From Nitratidesulfovibrio vulgaris str. Hildenborough (GTDB taxonomy: Bacteria; Desulfobacterota; Desulfovibrionia; Desulfovibrionales; Desulfovibrionaceae): a stretch of 32,000 nt of DNA. The notes beneath the pieces were generated by a model. The model did not search any database. It had not been told where the DNA came from and saw only the letters and a list, made by a program, of their open reading frames with translations. The first letter of the stretch is position 1. Every line of letters starts with the position of its first letter. The position numbers and the translations under genes are program-made. The stretch is from positions 930,001 through 962,000 of the forward strand of contig NC_002937.3 of assembly GCF_000195755.1 (NCBI RefSeq), in the 5' to 3' direction. Shown one piece after another: positions 14,578-22,489 of the stretch.

Positions 14578-15759
14578 CTAGCGGCAGGGCGTCATACGAC
14601 GCGGTTTGTACGAGCACAGCGGCTCTTCAGCCATGTGGTCACCCGACATGTTGTAGGCACGTGCCCGGCAACCGCCGCAGACCTTGTGATACTCGCAAGG
14701 GCCGCACTTGCCGGTGTATTCCTCCTGCGTGCGGAACTGCCTGAAGTGCTCGGACTTGCGCCATATCTCGGGGAAGGGCGTGTTCCGGACGTTACCGCAG
14801 TCGAGCTCAAGGTAGCCGCATGGCTGCACCTGCCCGGTGTGGCTGATGAAGCAGAACCCTGTGCCTCCAAGGCAACCACGTGTCATCGCGTCCATGCCGA
14901 AGTTGTCAGGGGTGACGGACACGCCCTCTTCCTTGGCGCGCTGGCGCATGATGCGGTAGTAGTGGGGGGCGCATGTGGCCTTGAGATGCATGGAGGTCGT
15001 CTTGCGGAAGTCGTAGAACCAGTTGAGCACTTCCTCGTACTCGGCGGCGGAGATGACCTGGTCGGAGAGACCGGCGGCCCTTCCGGTGGGCACGAGCAGG
15101 AAGATGTGCCATGCCACGGCACCGATGCGTTCGCACAGCTTGAAGATGTCCTTGAAGCTATGCAGGTTGTCGCGGGTGACCGTGGTGTTGATCTGGAACT
15201 CGATGCCCGCGTCGCGCAGGTAGCCGATGCCCCTCATGGACTGTTCGAATGCCCCGGGTACACCTCTGAACGCGTCATGGCTGGCGGCATCGGGCCCATC
15301 TATGGAGATGGAGCACCGTTGTACGCCGGATGCCTTCATGCGCTGTGCGTGTTCCGGCGTGATGAGCGTGCCGTTGGGCGACATGACGCAGCGCAGTCCC
15401 TTGTCCGTGGCATAGGCGATGAGTTCGTACACGTCGCCACGCATCATGGGGTCGCCACCCGTGAAGATGATGATGGGGTTGCCAACGTCGGGGAAGGTGT
15501 CGATGAGCGCCTTGGCTTCGTCGGTGGAGAACTCGCCGGGGTAGGGTTCCATGTGCGCCTCGGCCCTGCAATGCTTGCAGGCGAGGTTGCACGACCGGGT
15601 CACTTCCCACGCGATGAGCTTGCAGGTGGGGCTTCCATCTTCGAGGGTGCGTGGTCCGTGGGCAGTGGGATGCGCTCCCATGCCGCCGCCCGGATGTCCG
15701 CCCGGATGCCCAGCCGGGGGCCCGCCGGGGTGCCCGACCTTGGTCTTGATGTCATCCAT
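14578..15759 (-). CDS. ahbD: Radical SAM/SPASM heme synthase of the alternative heme pathway (NirJ-like)
   Basis: Radical SAM motif CNLACKHCRAE; C-terminal SPASM-type cysteines CGPCEYHKVCGGCRARAY. The ORF-track start (15819) is trimmed to [10 protein letters not shown] at 15759, which gives a TGATG one-nucleotide overlap with the hemB stop. The AhbD-versus-AhbC assignment is from memory of gene order in D. vulgaris. Confidence 0.8.
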   Translation of the reverse strand: MDDIKTKVGHPGGPPAGHPGGHPGGGMGAHPTAHGPRTLEDGSPTCKLIAWEVTRSCNLACKHCRAEAHMEPYPGEFSTDEAKALIDTFPDVGNPIIIFTGGDPMMRGDVYELIAYATDKGLRCVMSPNGTLITPEHAQRMKASGVQRCSISIDGPDAASHDAFRGVPGAFEQSMRGIGYLRDAGIEFQINTTVTRDNLHSFKDIFKLCERIGAVAWHIFLLVPTGRAAGLSDQVISAAEYEEVLNWFYDFRKTTSMHLKATCAPHYYRIMRQRAKEEGVSVTPDNFGMDAMTRGCLGGTGFCFISHTGQVQPCGYLELDCGNVRNTPFPEIWRKSEHFRQFRTQEEYTGKCGPCEYHKVCGGCRARAYNMSGDHMAEEPLCSYKPRRMTPCR

Positions 15760-16751
15760 CAGCGCACCAGCCCTTTGGCGAGAAGCTCTTCGGTGAAGTA
15801 GGTGATGATGAGGTCGCATCCTGCACGCTTCATGCCGAGAAGCGACTCCATGATCACGGCCTCTTCGTTGATCCAGCCGTTGATACCGGCTGCACGGATC
15901 ATGGAATATTCACCGCTCACCTGATAGGCGACAACAGGCAGGTCGAAGTTGTCGCGCACCTGTCTGATGATGTCGAGGTAGGGTCCTGCCGGTTTGACGA
16001 TGAGGAAGTCAGCGTCCTCGTCCACGTCGGCAGCGGCTTCGCGCATGGCTTCGCGGCTGTTGGCAGGGTCCATCTGGTAGGTCTTGCGGTCGCCGAATTG
16101 CGGTGTCGATTCTGCGGCTTCGCGGAACGGGCCGTAGAAGGACGAGGCATACTTCACCGCATAGGACATGACCGGGATGTGGGAGAAGCCGTTGGCGTCG
16201 AGTCCGGCGCGTATGGCCTGCACACGCCCGTCCATCATGTCGGACGGTGCCACGATGTCGGCCCCGGCTTCGGCATGCGAGACGGCGGCCTTGGTCAGTA
16301 GCGACAGGGTGGGGTCGTTGTGCACTTCGCCGGAGGTGTCTCCCTGTCGCACAAGCCCGCAATGACCGTGGTCGGTGTATTCGCACAGGCAGACGTCGGT
16401 GACGACAACGAGGGCGGGCCAGCGTTTCTTCAGCAGACGAACTGCCTGCTGCACGATGCCGTCCTTGTTGTAGGCTTCGCTGCCCTTGTAGTCCTTGACC
16501 TTGGGGATGCCGAAGAGGATGACGGCACGCAGCCCCTTCGCCACGGCCGCTTCGACCTGCTTCTCCAGTTCCTGCAACGAAAGCTGGAACTGGCCGGGCA
16601 TGGCCCCTATCTCCTTGCGGAACGCGGGTTCGTCGGTCTCGACCACGAAATAGGGCATGATGAGGTCGGCGGCACAGACCACGTTCTCGCGGACGAGTTC
16701 ACGCAGGGCCGCCGTGCGACGTAGCCGACGGCCTCTGAAGAAGTCTCCCAT
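15759..16751 (-). CDS. hemB: Porphobilinogen synthase (delta-aminolevulinate dehydratase), Zn-cysteine type
   Basis: 330 aa. RRLRRT..LR.LV.E, the [14 protein letters not shown] zinc-binding cysteine triad, and active-site Lys contexts (..[14 protein letters not shown].., ..[12 protein letters not shown]..). Confidence 0.95.
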   Translation of the reverse strand: MGDFFRGRRLRRTAALRELVRENVVCAADLIMPYFVVETDEPAFRKEIGAMPGQFQLSLQELEKQVEAAVAKGLRAVILFGIPKVKDYKGSEAYNKDGIVQQAVRLLKKRWPALVVVTDVCLCEYTDHGHCGLVRQGDTSGEVHNDPTLSLLTKAAVSHAEAGADIVAPSDMMDGRVQAIRAGLDANGFSHIPVMSYAVKYASSFYGPFREAAESTPQFGDRKTYQMDPANSREAMREAAADVDEDADFLIVKPAGPYLDIIRQVRDNFDLPVVAYQVSGEYSMIRAAGINGWINEEAVIMESLLGMKRAGCDLIITYFTEELLAKGLVR

Positions 16752-16760
16752 CTCGGCCCC

Positions 16761-17942
16761 CTACGCGCGGATTTCGTCGTCGGTGAGGTAGCAGGCAGGG
16801 TCCTGTGCCCATTCGTCGCCGTAGTAGGCTTCGGCGCGGGCGCGGAAGTTGCCGCCGCAGATGTTGAGGTAACGGCAGGTGGCGCAACGGCCGCCCACGT
16901 GCTTCTTCTTGTCCTTGAGCTTGTGCAGCAGTTCGATGTTCGGGTCGTCCCAGATTTCGGAGAAGGGCCGTTCGAGTACGTTTCCGAAGGTGTGGTTGCG
17001 CCAGAACTGGTCGGCATGCACCTGACCGTCCCACGAGATGCAGCCGATGCCACGCCCGGAGTTGTTGCCCTCGTTGTACTGGAGAAGCTCGAACACCTCT
17101 TCGGCGCGCTTCGGGTCTTCACGCAGCATACGCATCCATACGTAGGGGCCGTCGGCATGGTTGTCGACGGTGAGAACCTCCTTGGGCAGCCCGGCGTCGA
17201 ACAGTTCGCGGGTCTTGTCCATGATGAGGTCGACGATGGCGCGGGTCTCTGCGTGGTCGAGGTCTTCCTTGATGAGTTCGGAACCGCGACCGGAGTACAC
17301 GAGGTGGTAGAAGCAGATGCGCGGCACTTCAAGGTCGCGCAGAAGCTGGAACAGCTTGGGCACTTCACTCTGATTGCGCTTGTTGATGGTGAAGCGCAGC
17401 CCCACCTTGAGCCCTTCGGCCTTGCAGTTCTCGATACCCTGCAGGGCCCTGCGGTACGAGCCGGGCACGGCGCGGAACTTGTCGTGCACCTCTTCACCGC
17501 CGTCGAGCGAGATGCCGACGTAGGAAAGGCCCACTTCCTTCAGTTCGCGGGCCTTCTCCTTGGTGATGAGGGTGCCGTTGGTGGAGATGACGGCACGCAT
17601 GCCACGCCCGGTGGCGTGCTTGGCAAGTTCGACAAGGTCCTGACGCACGAGGGGTTCGCCGCCGGAGAAGAGCATGACGGGAGCGCCGTACTGGGCGAGG
17701 TCGTCGATGATGGTCTTGGCCTGCTCGGTGCTGATTTCATCCTTGCCTTCGGGGTCGACGGCCTTGGCGTAACAGTGCACGCACTTGAGGTTGCAGCGCC
17801 GGGTCATGTTCCAGACCACCACGGGCTTCTTGTCCTTGGAGAACTGAAGCAGGTGGGAGGGAAGCTGGCCCGAATTACGACCATAGCGGAGCGCGTCGGA
17901 GGGTTCGACCTGGCCACAGTAAAGCTTGGAAATCCCAATCAT
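16761..17942 (-). CDS. ahbC: Radical SAM/SPASM Fe-coproporphyrin III synthase of the alternative heme pathway (NirJ-like)
   Basis: The ORF track (to 18158) is trimmed to MIGISKLYCGQ.. at 17942, preceded by AGGAG with a 6-nt spacer. Radical SAM motif CNLKCVHCYAK; C-terminal cysteines CATCRYLNICGG. Confidence 0.8.
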   Translation of the reverse strand: MIGISKLYCGQVEPSDALRYGRNSGQLPSHLLQFSKDKKPVVVWNMTRRCNLKCVHCYAKAVDPEGKDEISTEQAKTIIDDLAQYGAPVMLFSGGEPLVRQDLVELAKHATGRGMRAVISTNGTLITKEKARELKEVGLSYVGISLDGGEEVHDKFRAVPGSYRRALQGIENCKAEGLKVGLRFTINKRNQSEVPKLFQLLRDLEVPRICFYHLVYSGRGSELIKEDLDHAETRAIVDLIMDKTRELFDAGLPKEVLTVDNHADGPYVWMRMLREDPKRAEEVFELLQYNEGNNSGRGIGCISWDGQVHADQFWRNHTFGNVLERPFSEIWDDPNIELLHKLKDKKKHVGGRCATCRYLNICGGNFRARAEAYYGDEWAQDPACYLTDDEIRA

Positions 17943-17967
17943 TATAACTCCTGTTGGCTGCCCGGAA

Positions 17968-18036
17968 GACGCGTCGTGCCCCGATGGCGGGGCACGCGTC
18001 GATGGAACGGCGCGCTTCCGGATTTCGCGCCGGAAC
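17968..18036 (-). promoter_or_regulatory. Structured 5' leader of the ahbC-hemB-ahbD-ahbA operon
   Basis: Element 1 (17968-18000) is a 13-bp hairpin with a 3-nt bulge. Element 2 (18008-18036) can fold two mutually exclusive ways: cggcgcg/cgcgccg (18008-14 with 18026-32) or ttccgg/ccggaa (18016-21 with 18030-35). Confidence 0.35.
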
Positions 18037-18053
18037 GTACTTTCTTGCTTCGT

Positions 18054-18081
18054 AATATAAGACCCGGCGGGGGTTAGGCAA
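18054..18081 (-). promoter_or_regulatory. Candidate sigma70-type promoter of the ahb operon
   Basis: On the minus strand: TTGCCT (plus coordinates 18076-18081), a 16-nt spacer, then TATATT (18054-18059). It lies about 110 nt upstream of the ahbC ATG. Pattern match only. Confidence 0.35.
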
Positions 18082-18185
18082 GCCCGGATACGCTTGTGGG
18101 CGGTTGCCTCGCCTGCGTGATTACAGGGCGTTGCACGCATTTCGATAAATAGATGCAATCAGGCCGTGCGGGCATGATGCGAAAT

Positions 18186-18224
18186 CCTCCGCCAACCATG
18201 GCCCAAGGGCATGAAAGGCGGAGG
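18186..18224 (-). terminator. Possible terminator after the lipoprotein gene
   Basis: 8-bp stem cctccgcc/ggcggagg (18186-18193 with 18217-18224) and a 23-nt loop. On the minus strand it is followed by ATTTCG, so both the tail and the loop geometry are weak. Confidence 0.3.
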
Positions 18225-18257
18225 TGAAAGGCGGTACCGTGAGAGGCGAAGGCCCGT

Positions 18258-18941
18258 CTACTGGAAGGCGTCGGGCTTCGAGGGGGCCTTGGGGGCAGGG
18301 GGATAGAGCCAGTCGTGCACCTCTTTGCCCATGTCGGCGGAGACGGTCTGCACCACGGCCCATGTCGGGTCGGAAGGCATGCGTGCCTTGGTGGCGAACA
18401 GCAGATAGTCGTTGGTGAACTGGCGTTCCAACAGTGCGGTGTGCGCCATGGACCAGAGAAGCTGCCCCGAGGCCACGTCGAGAATCTCAATCTGCAACGA
18501 GACGCGCGTATCCCCCGCGGTCCCTCCTTCCACGAAGTATGTCACATAGCCGCCCACGACCACCTGCGCTCCCTTCATGCGCGCGAGGCGTAACGCAATG
18601 TCCTGCCTGTACGGGGTGGCCTGGTCCGCGAATTCGATGACCGGAAAGACCCGCTGCTGAAGCCACGTCTGCCAGACCATGCGTGAGACGTTGGTTCCCA
18701 CCAGCGTAGGGTGCTGCATCTGCTGCGTGACGCGAAGCGGCATGAACAGGGCGTTGGGCGGTATCTCAGGGCGGCCTTCGGGGCGGACCATGACCTGCGG
18801 GTAGCCGCGTCGCACCCAGTCGTCGAGGTAGAAGGTCGGTTGGCTGGCGAGGTCCATATCCACGCTGACGCGTGGCGGAGATGCACATGAGAGGATGAAC
18901 AGTGTCGACATGGCGACAAGGATGGCTGCAAACCGGGGCAT
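18258..18941 (-). CDS. Putative lipoprotein of unknown function
   Basis: Trimmed to MPRFAAILVAMSTLFILSCASPP (ATG 18941), which is a signal peptide plus a lipobox-like ILS-C. The mature part (..ALFMPLRV..ARMKGAQVVVGGYVTYFVEGG..VSLQIEILDVASGQLLW) resembles small periplasmic LpoB/FlgO/DUF799-type lipoproteins only by general pattern. Confidence 0.65.
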   Translation of the reverse strand: MPRFAAILVAMSTLFILSCASPPRVSVDMDLASQPTFYLDDWVRRGYPQVMVRPEGRPEIPPNALFMPLRVTQQMQHPTLVGTNVSRMVWQTWLQQRVFPVIEFADQATPYRQDIALRLARMKGAQVVVGGYVTYFVEGGTAGDTRVSLQIEILDVASGQLLWSMAHTALLERQFTNDYLLFATKARMPSDPTWAVVQTVSADMGKEVHDWLYPPAPKAPSKPDAFQ

Positions 18942-18966
18942 GGCGCGTCCGTTGTTCGGGTGTCGG

Positions 18967-19001
18967 AAAAACGCCTCCGAGGAGGTGTCTCCACGGAGGC
19001 G
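18967..19001 (-). terminator. Intrinsic terminator or attenuator between the 111-aa gene and the lipoprotein gene
   Basis: Minus strand: CGCCTCCG-tggagacacctcct-CGGAGGCG followed by TTTTT (plus coordinates 18967-18971). Only about 25 nt separate the U-tract from the lipoprotein ATG. Confidence 0.55.
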
Positions 19002-19025
19002 AAGCAAGAACGATGCCGGAAGGGA

Positions 19026-19361
19026 TTACTGCAGTCTGGCTGTGGGCGCGGGCGACGTATAGGCAGATTCGAGGACCTGCTCGAACGCCCGGGATATGGA
19101 TTCGTGCAGTTCAAGCCGCTCTTCGACGGAAAGGTGGTCGAATTCGGCCGACTCGGTCAGTTTCACCAGGGCGTCCATCTCGTGGCGGATGCGCCGTAGC
19201 CTGAAGAGCGCACAGGTATCCACAGGGGAGGCCCGTTCGGTCAGGAGTGCGAGTTCGCGCAGTTCGTCGGCCAGCGTGCGGAGGTTCTGCGGGGCGATGA
19301 TACGGGCCTGCTCACGGTGTTCGCGCCAAGAGCGCACGACGTTTCGCAACCACCGGAACAT
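19026..19361 (-). CDS. Hypothetical small helical protein, 111 aa
   Basis: This is the C-terminal part of a 319-aa track ORF. Only the stretch from MFRWLRNVVRSWREHREQARII.. (ATG 19361) lies outside the upstream Yip1 gene. AGGAAGG lies 9 nt upstream, and the gene starts 15 nt after the Yip1 stop. No family recognised. Confidence 0.5.
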   Translation of the reverse strand: MFRWLRNVVRSWREHREQARIIAPQNLRTLADELRELALLTERASPVDTCALFRLRRIRHEMDALVKLTESAEFDHLSVEERLELHESISRAFEQVLESAYTSPAPTARLQ

Positions 19362-19375
19362 GCCCTGAAACCTTC

Positions 19376-20656
19376 CTAGGCTCCGCCGCCCGCGACGACC
19401 ATCTTGAGCATCTGGACACCCACGGCGATGGCGAGGATGTACAACGGGCCAAGTGCCAGCAGAACCCTGCTCCATGGCAGCCTGTAGGCGTGTTTGACAC
19501 CTATGACGGTGCACGCCACGAACCACAGCGAGCCGACCGTGGGCCCCAGCAGCGGCACGATGCTCACCACCGTGGGGGCCGCACTGTAGCTCACCACCCG
19601 AAGCATGGTACCGAAGTGAGCCTTGTCGGGCTGCACGAGGCGCATCATGAAATGGTAGGCCCCGGTGACGCAGACCAGTTGCAGGATGAGAGTGAACGGC
19701 GAGAGCATCAGCGTGGCCCCGATGCCGAACTCCTGCGCGATGCCGCCCAGAAGCGCATGCAATTGCGGGTCGTCGATGCTCGGGCCAAGCATGTTGAAGG
19801 TGGTGATGTACCACAGCCGTTCCATCAGCGACTGGAAGATGCCGAGCAGGATGAAGAAGGCCACCGGCCGCATGGACGGCCCGTCGGAACCGATTTGCGT
19901 GAAGAAGCGGGGCGCCCCGAACATGACGCGAAGAATGGTCTGGTACAGCCCGGGAAAGAAGCCATGGCGGTCGAGGTTCTCCCACGGGATGCCCTCGCGG
20001 GGTTGCCCGGTGCCGTCGTCCGGATTGGGAGGTGTGCCCTGCGCCATATGCGTATCATAGAGCTTGCGCCAGCGGTCGCCTACGGATGAGACGGCGTCCC
20101 ACACATCTCCCTTGGTGTCGCCCTTGCCCTTGGTGGAGGCAGGCGAGGCATTGTCGTCGGCACGGCCTTGCACGTACGGGGGCACTGCCCTGTCGGTGCG
20201 GTCGGCCTCGGGGGACGCTTCCGGTGCCTCGTGGCGGGGCGCACCGGGGATGACCGCGCCGGGGGGCAGCGGGTCGTCACCGCTGTCTTCGGAGGCGGAG
20301 GCAGCAGCGGGTGCTGAAGCTGGTGCGTCGGGAGTGTCCGCCTGTACCGGTTGTTCGGGATATGCGGGCGTGTCGCCCCGGTCGCTGGCAACGGGCATCC
20401 CGGAGGGGGCTGCCGTCGCATCGACGACTTCGGGCGACGCACTGGCGGGGCCCGTCGCGCCATGAGACTCTTGGGACGCGGGGGATGCGGAGGCCGCATG
20501 GGAATCGCGGGTCACGGCCTGCGGTATGGTGGCTTCCGGGTCGCGGAAGCGGAATTTGCAACGGCACTTGGGGCAGGTGGCGATGGCTGCGGAAGGGGGC
20601 AGCCTGCCTTCGTCCACCTCCCTCTCGAAGCCGCATTCAGGACAACGTATGAGCAT
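19376..20656 (-). CDS. Zinc-ribbon (MJ0042-type) N-terminal domain, a long acidic Pro/Ala/Ser linker, and a Yip1-family multi-pass membrane domain
   Basis: Trimmed to MLIRCPECGFEREVDEGRL..ATCPKCRCKFRF (ATG 20656, AGGAAA Shine-Dalgarno site). A low-complexity linker of roughly 190 aa follows. Then comes GIPWEN..FFPGLYQTILRVMF.. and about five hydrophobic helices typical of Yip1/DUF1282-like proteins. Confidence 0.7.
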   Translation of the reverse strand: MLIRCPECGFEREVDEGRLPPSAAIATCPKCRCKFRFRDPEATIPQAVTRDSHAASASPASQESHGATGPASASPEVVDATAAPSGMPVASDRGDTPAYPEQPVQADTPDAPASAPAAASASEDSGDDPLPPGAVIPGAPRHEAPEASPEADRTDRAVPPYVQGRADDNASPASTKGKGDTKGDVWDAVSSVGDRWRKLYDTHMAQGTPPNPDDGTGQPREGIPWENLDRHGFFPGLYQTILRVMFGAPRFFTQIGSDGPSMRPVAFFILLGIFQSLMERLWYITTFNMLGPSIDDPQLHALLGGIAQEFGIGATLMLSPFTLILQLVCVTGAYHFMMRLVQPDKAHFGTMLRVVSYSAAPTVVSIVPLLGPTVGSLWFVACTVIGVKHAYRLPWSRVLLALGPLYILAIAVGVQMLKMVVAGGGA

Positions 20657-20732
20657 GGGGTTTCCTTTATGCCTGTAATGACAATGGGAGTGTATAGCGG
20701 GACGCAGCCCAAGGCAAGGGCGTGACACCGTT

Positions 20733-22319
20733 TCAGGCGTCTCGGAAGTAGAGCGCCGCATCACCCCAGTGCCGTGCAGCCGCTTCGAAAGCCTGTCGTG
20801 GAAGCCCGGGATATTCGTGGCTGAGTCGATGTAGCGACCTGCCTGCGGCAATGTCGAAAGTGCGTAACCGCGCTTCGATGGCTTGCCTGTCCTTCCCGGT
20901 CAGGCTGTGGTGCAGGATGGGGTGCCCCGGCAAGAGGATGAACCCTCCATGCAGCCCGGTGACCCGTTCATGGATGCGTCCTTCGAACCGGACGCCGGGG
21001 GCATTGCGGAACAGGCGCAGCTGAATGTCGGGCCAGAGGCCGAATCCGACGCGGATGTCGTGCCCGTCAGGCAGAAACGTGTGCCGCGGCAGCGCGATGC
21101 CACCAATGCCGCTGCTTGCCGCATGGCTTGTCCATGTGCGGATGCATGACCATGTGCCGGGGCTGAGGATTTCGTCGGCGTCGAGGTAGACGACCCACTC
21201 ATGCGGGGTGGCATCCAGCATGGCATTGCGTTGCGCGGCGAAATCCGCATCAAGGGGGCGGCAGACATGGCGGACGGGCACGGCACAACCCGGTGTGCGG
21301 GAGGGGATGTCCCCATCCCATACTGCGGTCACCCCTGAAAGCCAGCTTGGGATTTGCGCGAAGAAGGTGTCCAGCCCCGGTTCATGCGGGTGGAGGATGG
21401 CGCAGACATGAAGGGGCGATACGCCCGAAGGCGGGGTTTTCCGGGTTGACAGGACAGGGGCTGGGTCAGGAGGCGATGGGGGCGAAAGCCGTGTCGCCAT
21501 GAGAAAGAGTTTGCGTAGTTGCCGTAGCAGGGGGCGTTCGTCGGCGCCCTGACTGGCACAGAAGGTGACCAGCGTCGTCTCCGGGACGACACCGGCGTCG
21601 TGCAGAAGAAGCAGCAAGGCCCACGGGGATGTATCGCAAAGCAGCAGAAACGGGGGCTTCGCATCCTGCTGCTTGGGAGACGTCGGGGCATCATCGTGGG
21701 GTGATGGCGTGGCTACGGCTGGAGAGTCGGTCGGGAGACATCCCATGGGGCCGTCGGCAGAGATGTTGCGGGCGCGTTCACTGCCTGCCTCCGTGGTGCG
21801 GTAACCTTCTGGATTCGTGGAGTATGTTCCCAGACGGGCGCGTGCCATGTCGGGCGACATGGAGCACAGTACCAGCCGGACATGTTCCGGTAAGGCACCG
21901 AGAAGCGTCTCGATTTCGTGGCGTGAAGGCGTGCCGAGCAGCAAGACGTGACGGCGTCCCCCGTGGGCTGCGAGGCGTGCCACGCGCTCCATGTCGCGTG
22001 AGACGTTGGACGCGGCAGGACATGCCGGGCCGGAGGTCGGGTGCTGGCTGCCACCCTGCTGCGTGCGGGGGGCACTGTGCGGGGGGGCAAGCGCTGCCTC
22101 ACGGGGGGCGGACATGCCGGGCAAGGCGGCGGCATCGGGGGAGGGCGCACACTGCACGGGGGCATCAGGGATGGGGGAGGCGACAGCGGATGCTGTGGCC
22201 GATGCCGGTGGCGATTCGGGCTGTTCCCCGCAAGGCGTTCCGGGCGTTGCGCTTCCTAGCCGCCAGCGGAGTATCTCCGGCGTCCAGAGTGCATGAAGTG
22301 GCGGGGTGTTCTGCTGCAT
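20733..22319 (-). CDS. Two-part protein: an unassigned N-terminal region of roughly 330 aa plus a C-terminal family-2 glycosyltransferase domain
   Basis: The C-terminus has GT-A features: ..LHVCAILHPHEPGLDTFF.., the DxD motif VVYLDADE, and ..LRLFRN..VRFEGRIHE... The N-terminal part is Pro/Ala/Ser-rich around a short Rossmann-like stretch (RHVLLLGTPSRHEIETLLGALPEHVRLVL). The start is set at ATG 22319 (MQQNTPPLH); the track start at 22403 remains possible. Confidence 0.65.
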   Translation of the reverse strand: MQQNTPPLHALWTPEILRWRLGSATPGTPCGEQPESPPASATASAVASPIPDAPVQCAPSPDAAALPGMSAPREAALAPPHSAPRTQQGGSQHPTSGPACPAASNVSRDMERVARLAAHGGRRHVLLLGTPSRHEIETLLGALPEHVRLVLCSMSPDMARARLGTYSTNPEGYRTTEAGSERARNISADGPMGCLPTDSPAVATPSPHDDAPTSPKQQDAKPPFLLLCDTSPWALLLLLHDAGVVPETTLVTFCASQGADERPLLRQLRKLFLMATRLSPPSPPDPAPVLSTRKTPPSGVSPLHVCAILHPHEPGLDTFFAQIPSWLSGVTAVWDGDIPSRTPGCAVPVRHVCRPLDADFAAQRNAMLDATPHEWVVYLDADEILSPGTWSCIRTWTSHAASSGIGGIALPRHTFLPDGHDIRVGFGLWPDIQLRLFRNAPGVRFEGRIHERVTGLHGGFILLPGHPILHHSLTGKDRQAIEARLRTFDIAAGRSLHRLSHEYPGLPRQAFEAAARHWGDAALYFRDA

Positions 22320-22489
22320 GAGCCATGCGTCTCCTGCCGGAACAATGCCCCGTCCCAAAGCAGGATGCAAGGCCGCATCACATTTTCGGGAGGTCTCGCC
22401 CACGGGAGAGAATAGCGCCCCGCGGGAGTAGGGAAGGGCTGCCTGAACAGGCAGGGGAAGACCCTCTCGATGCGCCGCAACGGGCGAGG

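Noticed and set aside
14512-15801. Other very long antisense or out-of-frame ORFs opposite real genes. Examples: 500-1843, 6460-7611, 14512-15801, 16899-18077, 19490-20089, 23605-24336, 27334-28629 and 29942-31153.
   Set aside because: - All overlap genes with clear family signatures on the other strand or frame.
- All show Arg/Gly/Ala/Pro/His-rich shadow composition.
- None has a convincing ribosome-binding site.
- They are explained by GC3 bias.
16761-18158. N-terminally extended ORF-track models for ahbC (to 18158), the Yip1 gene (to 20851), ahbD (to 15819), fliD (to 26459), the lipoprotein (to 19007), the chorismate-mutase fusion (to 2467), the decarboxylase (to 31372) and the SBP (from 11395).
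   Set aside because: - The extensions run into upstream genes or promoter and leader regions and have shadow-like composition.
- They are superseded by internal starts that have Shine-Dalgarno sites, signal peptides, or stop/start coupling.
- Those internal starts align with the beginning of the conserved domains.
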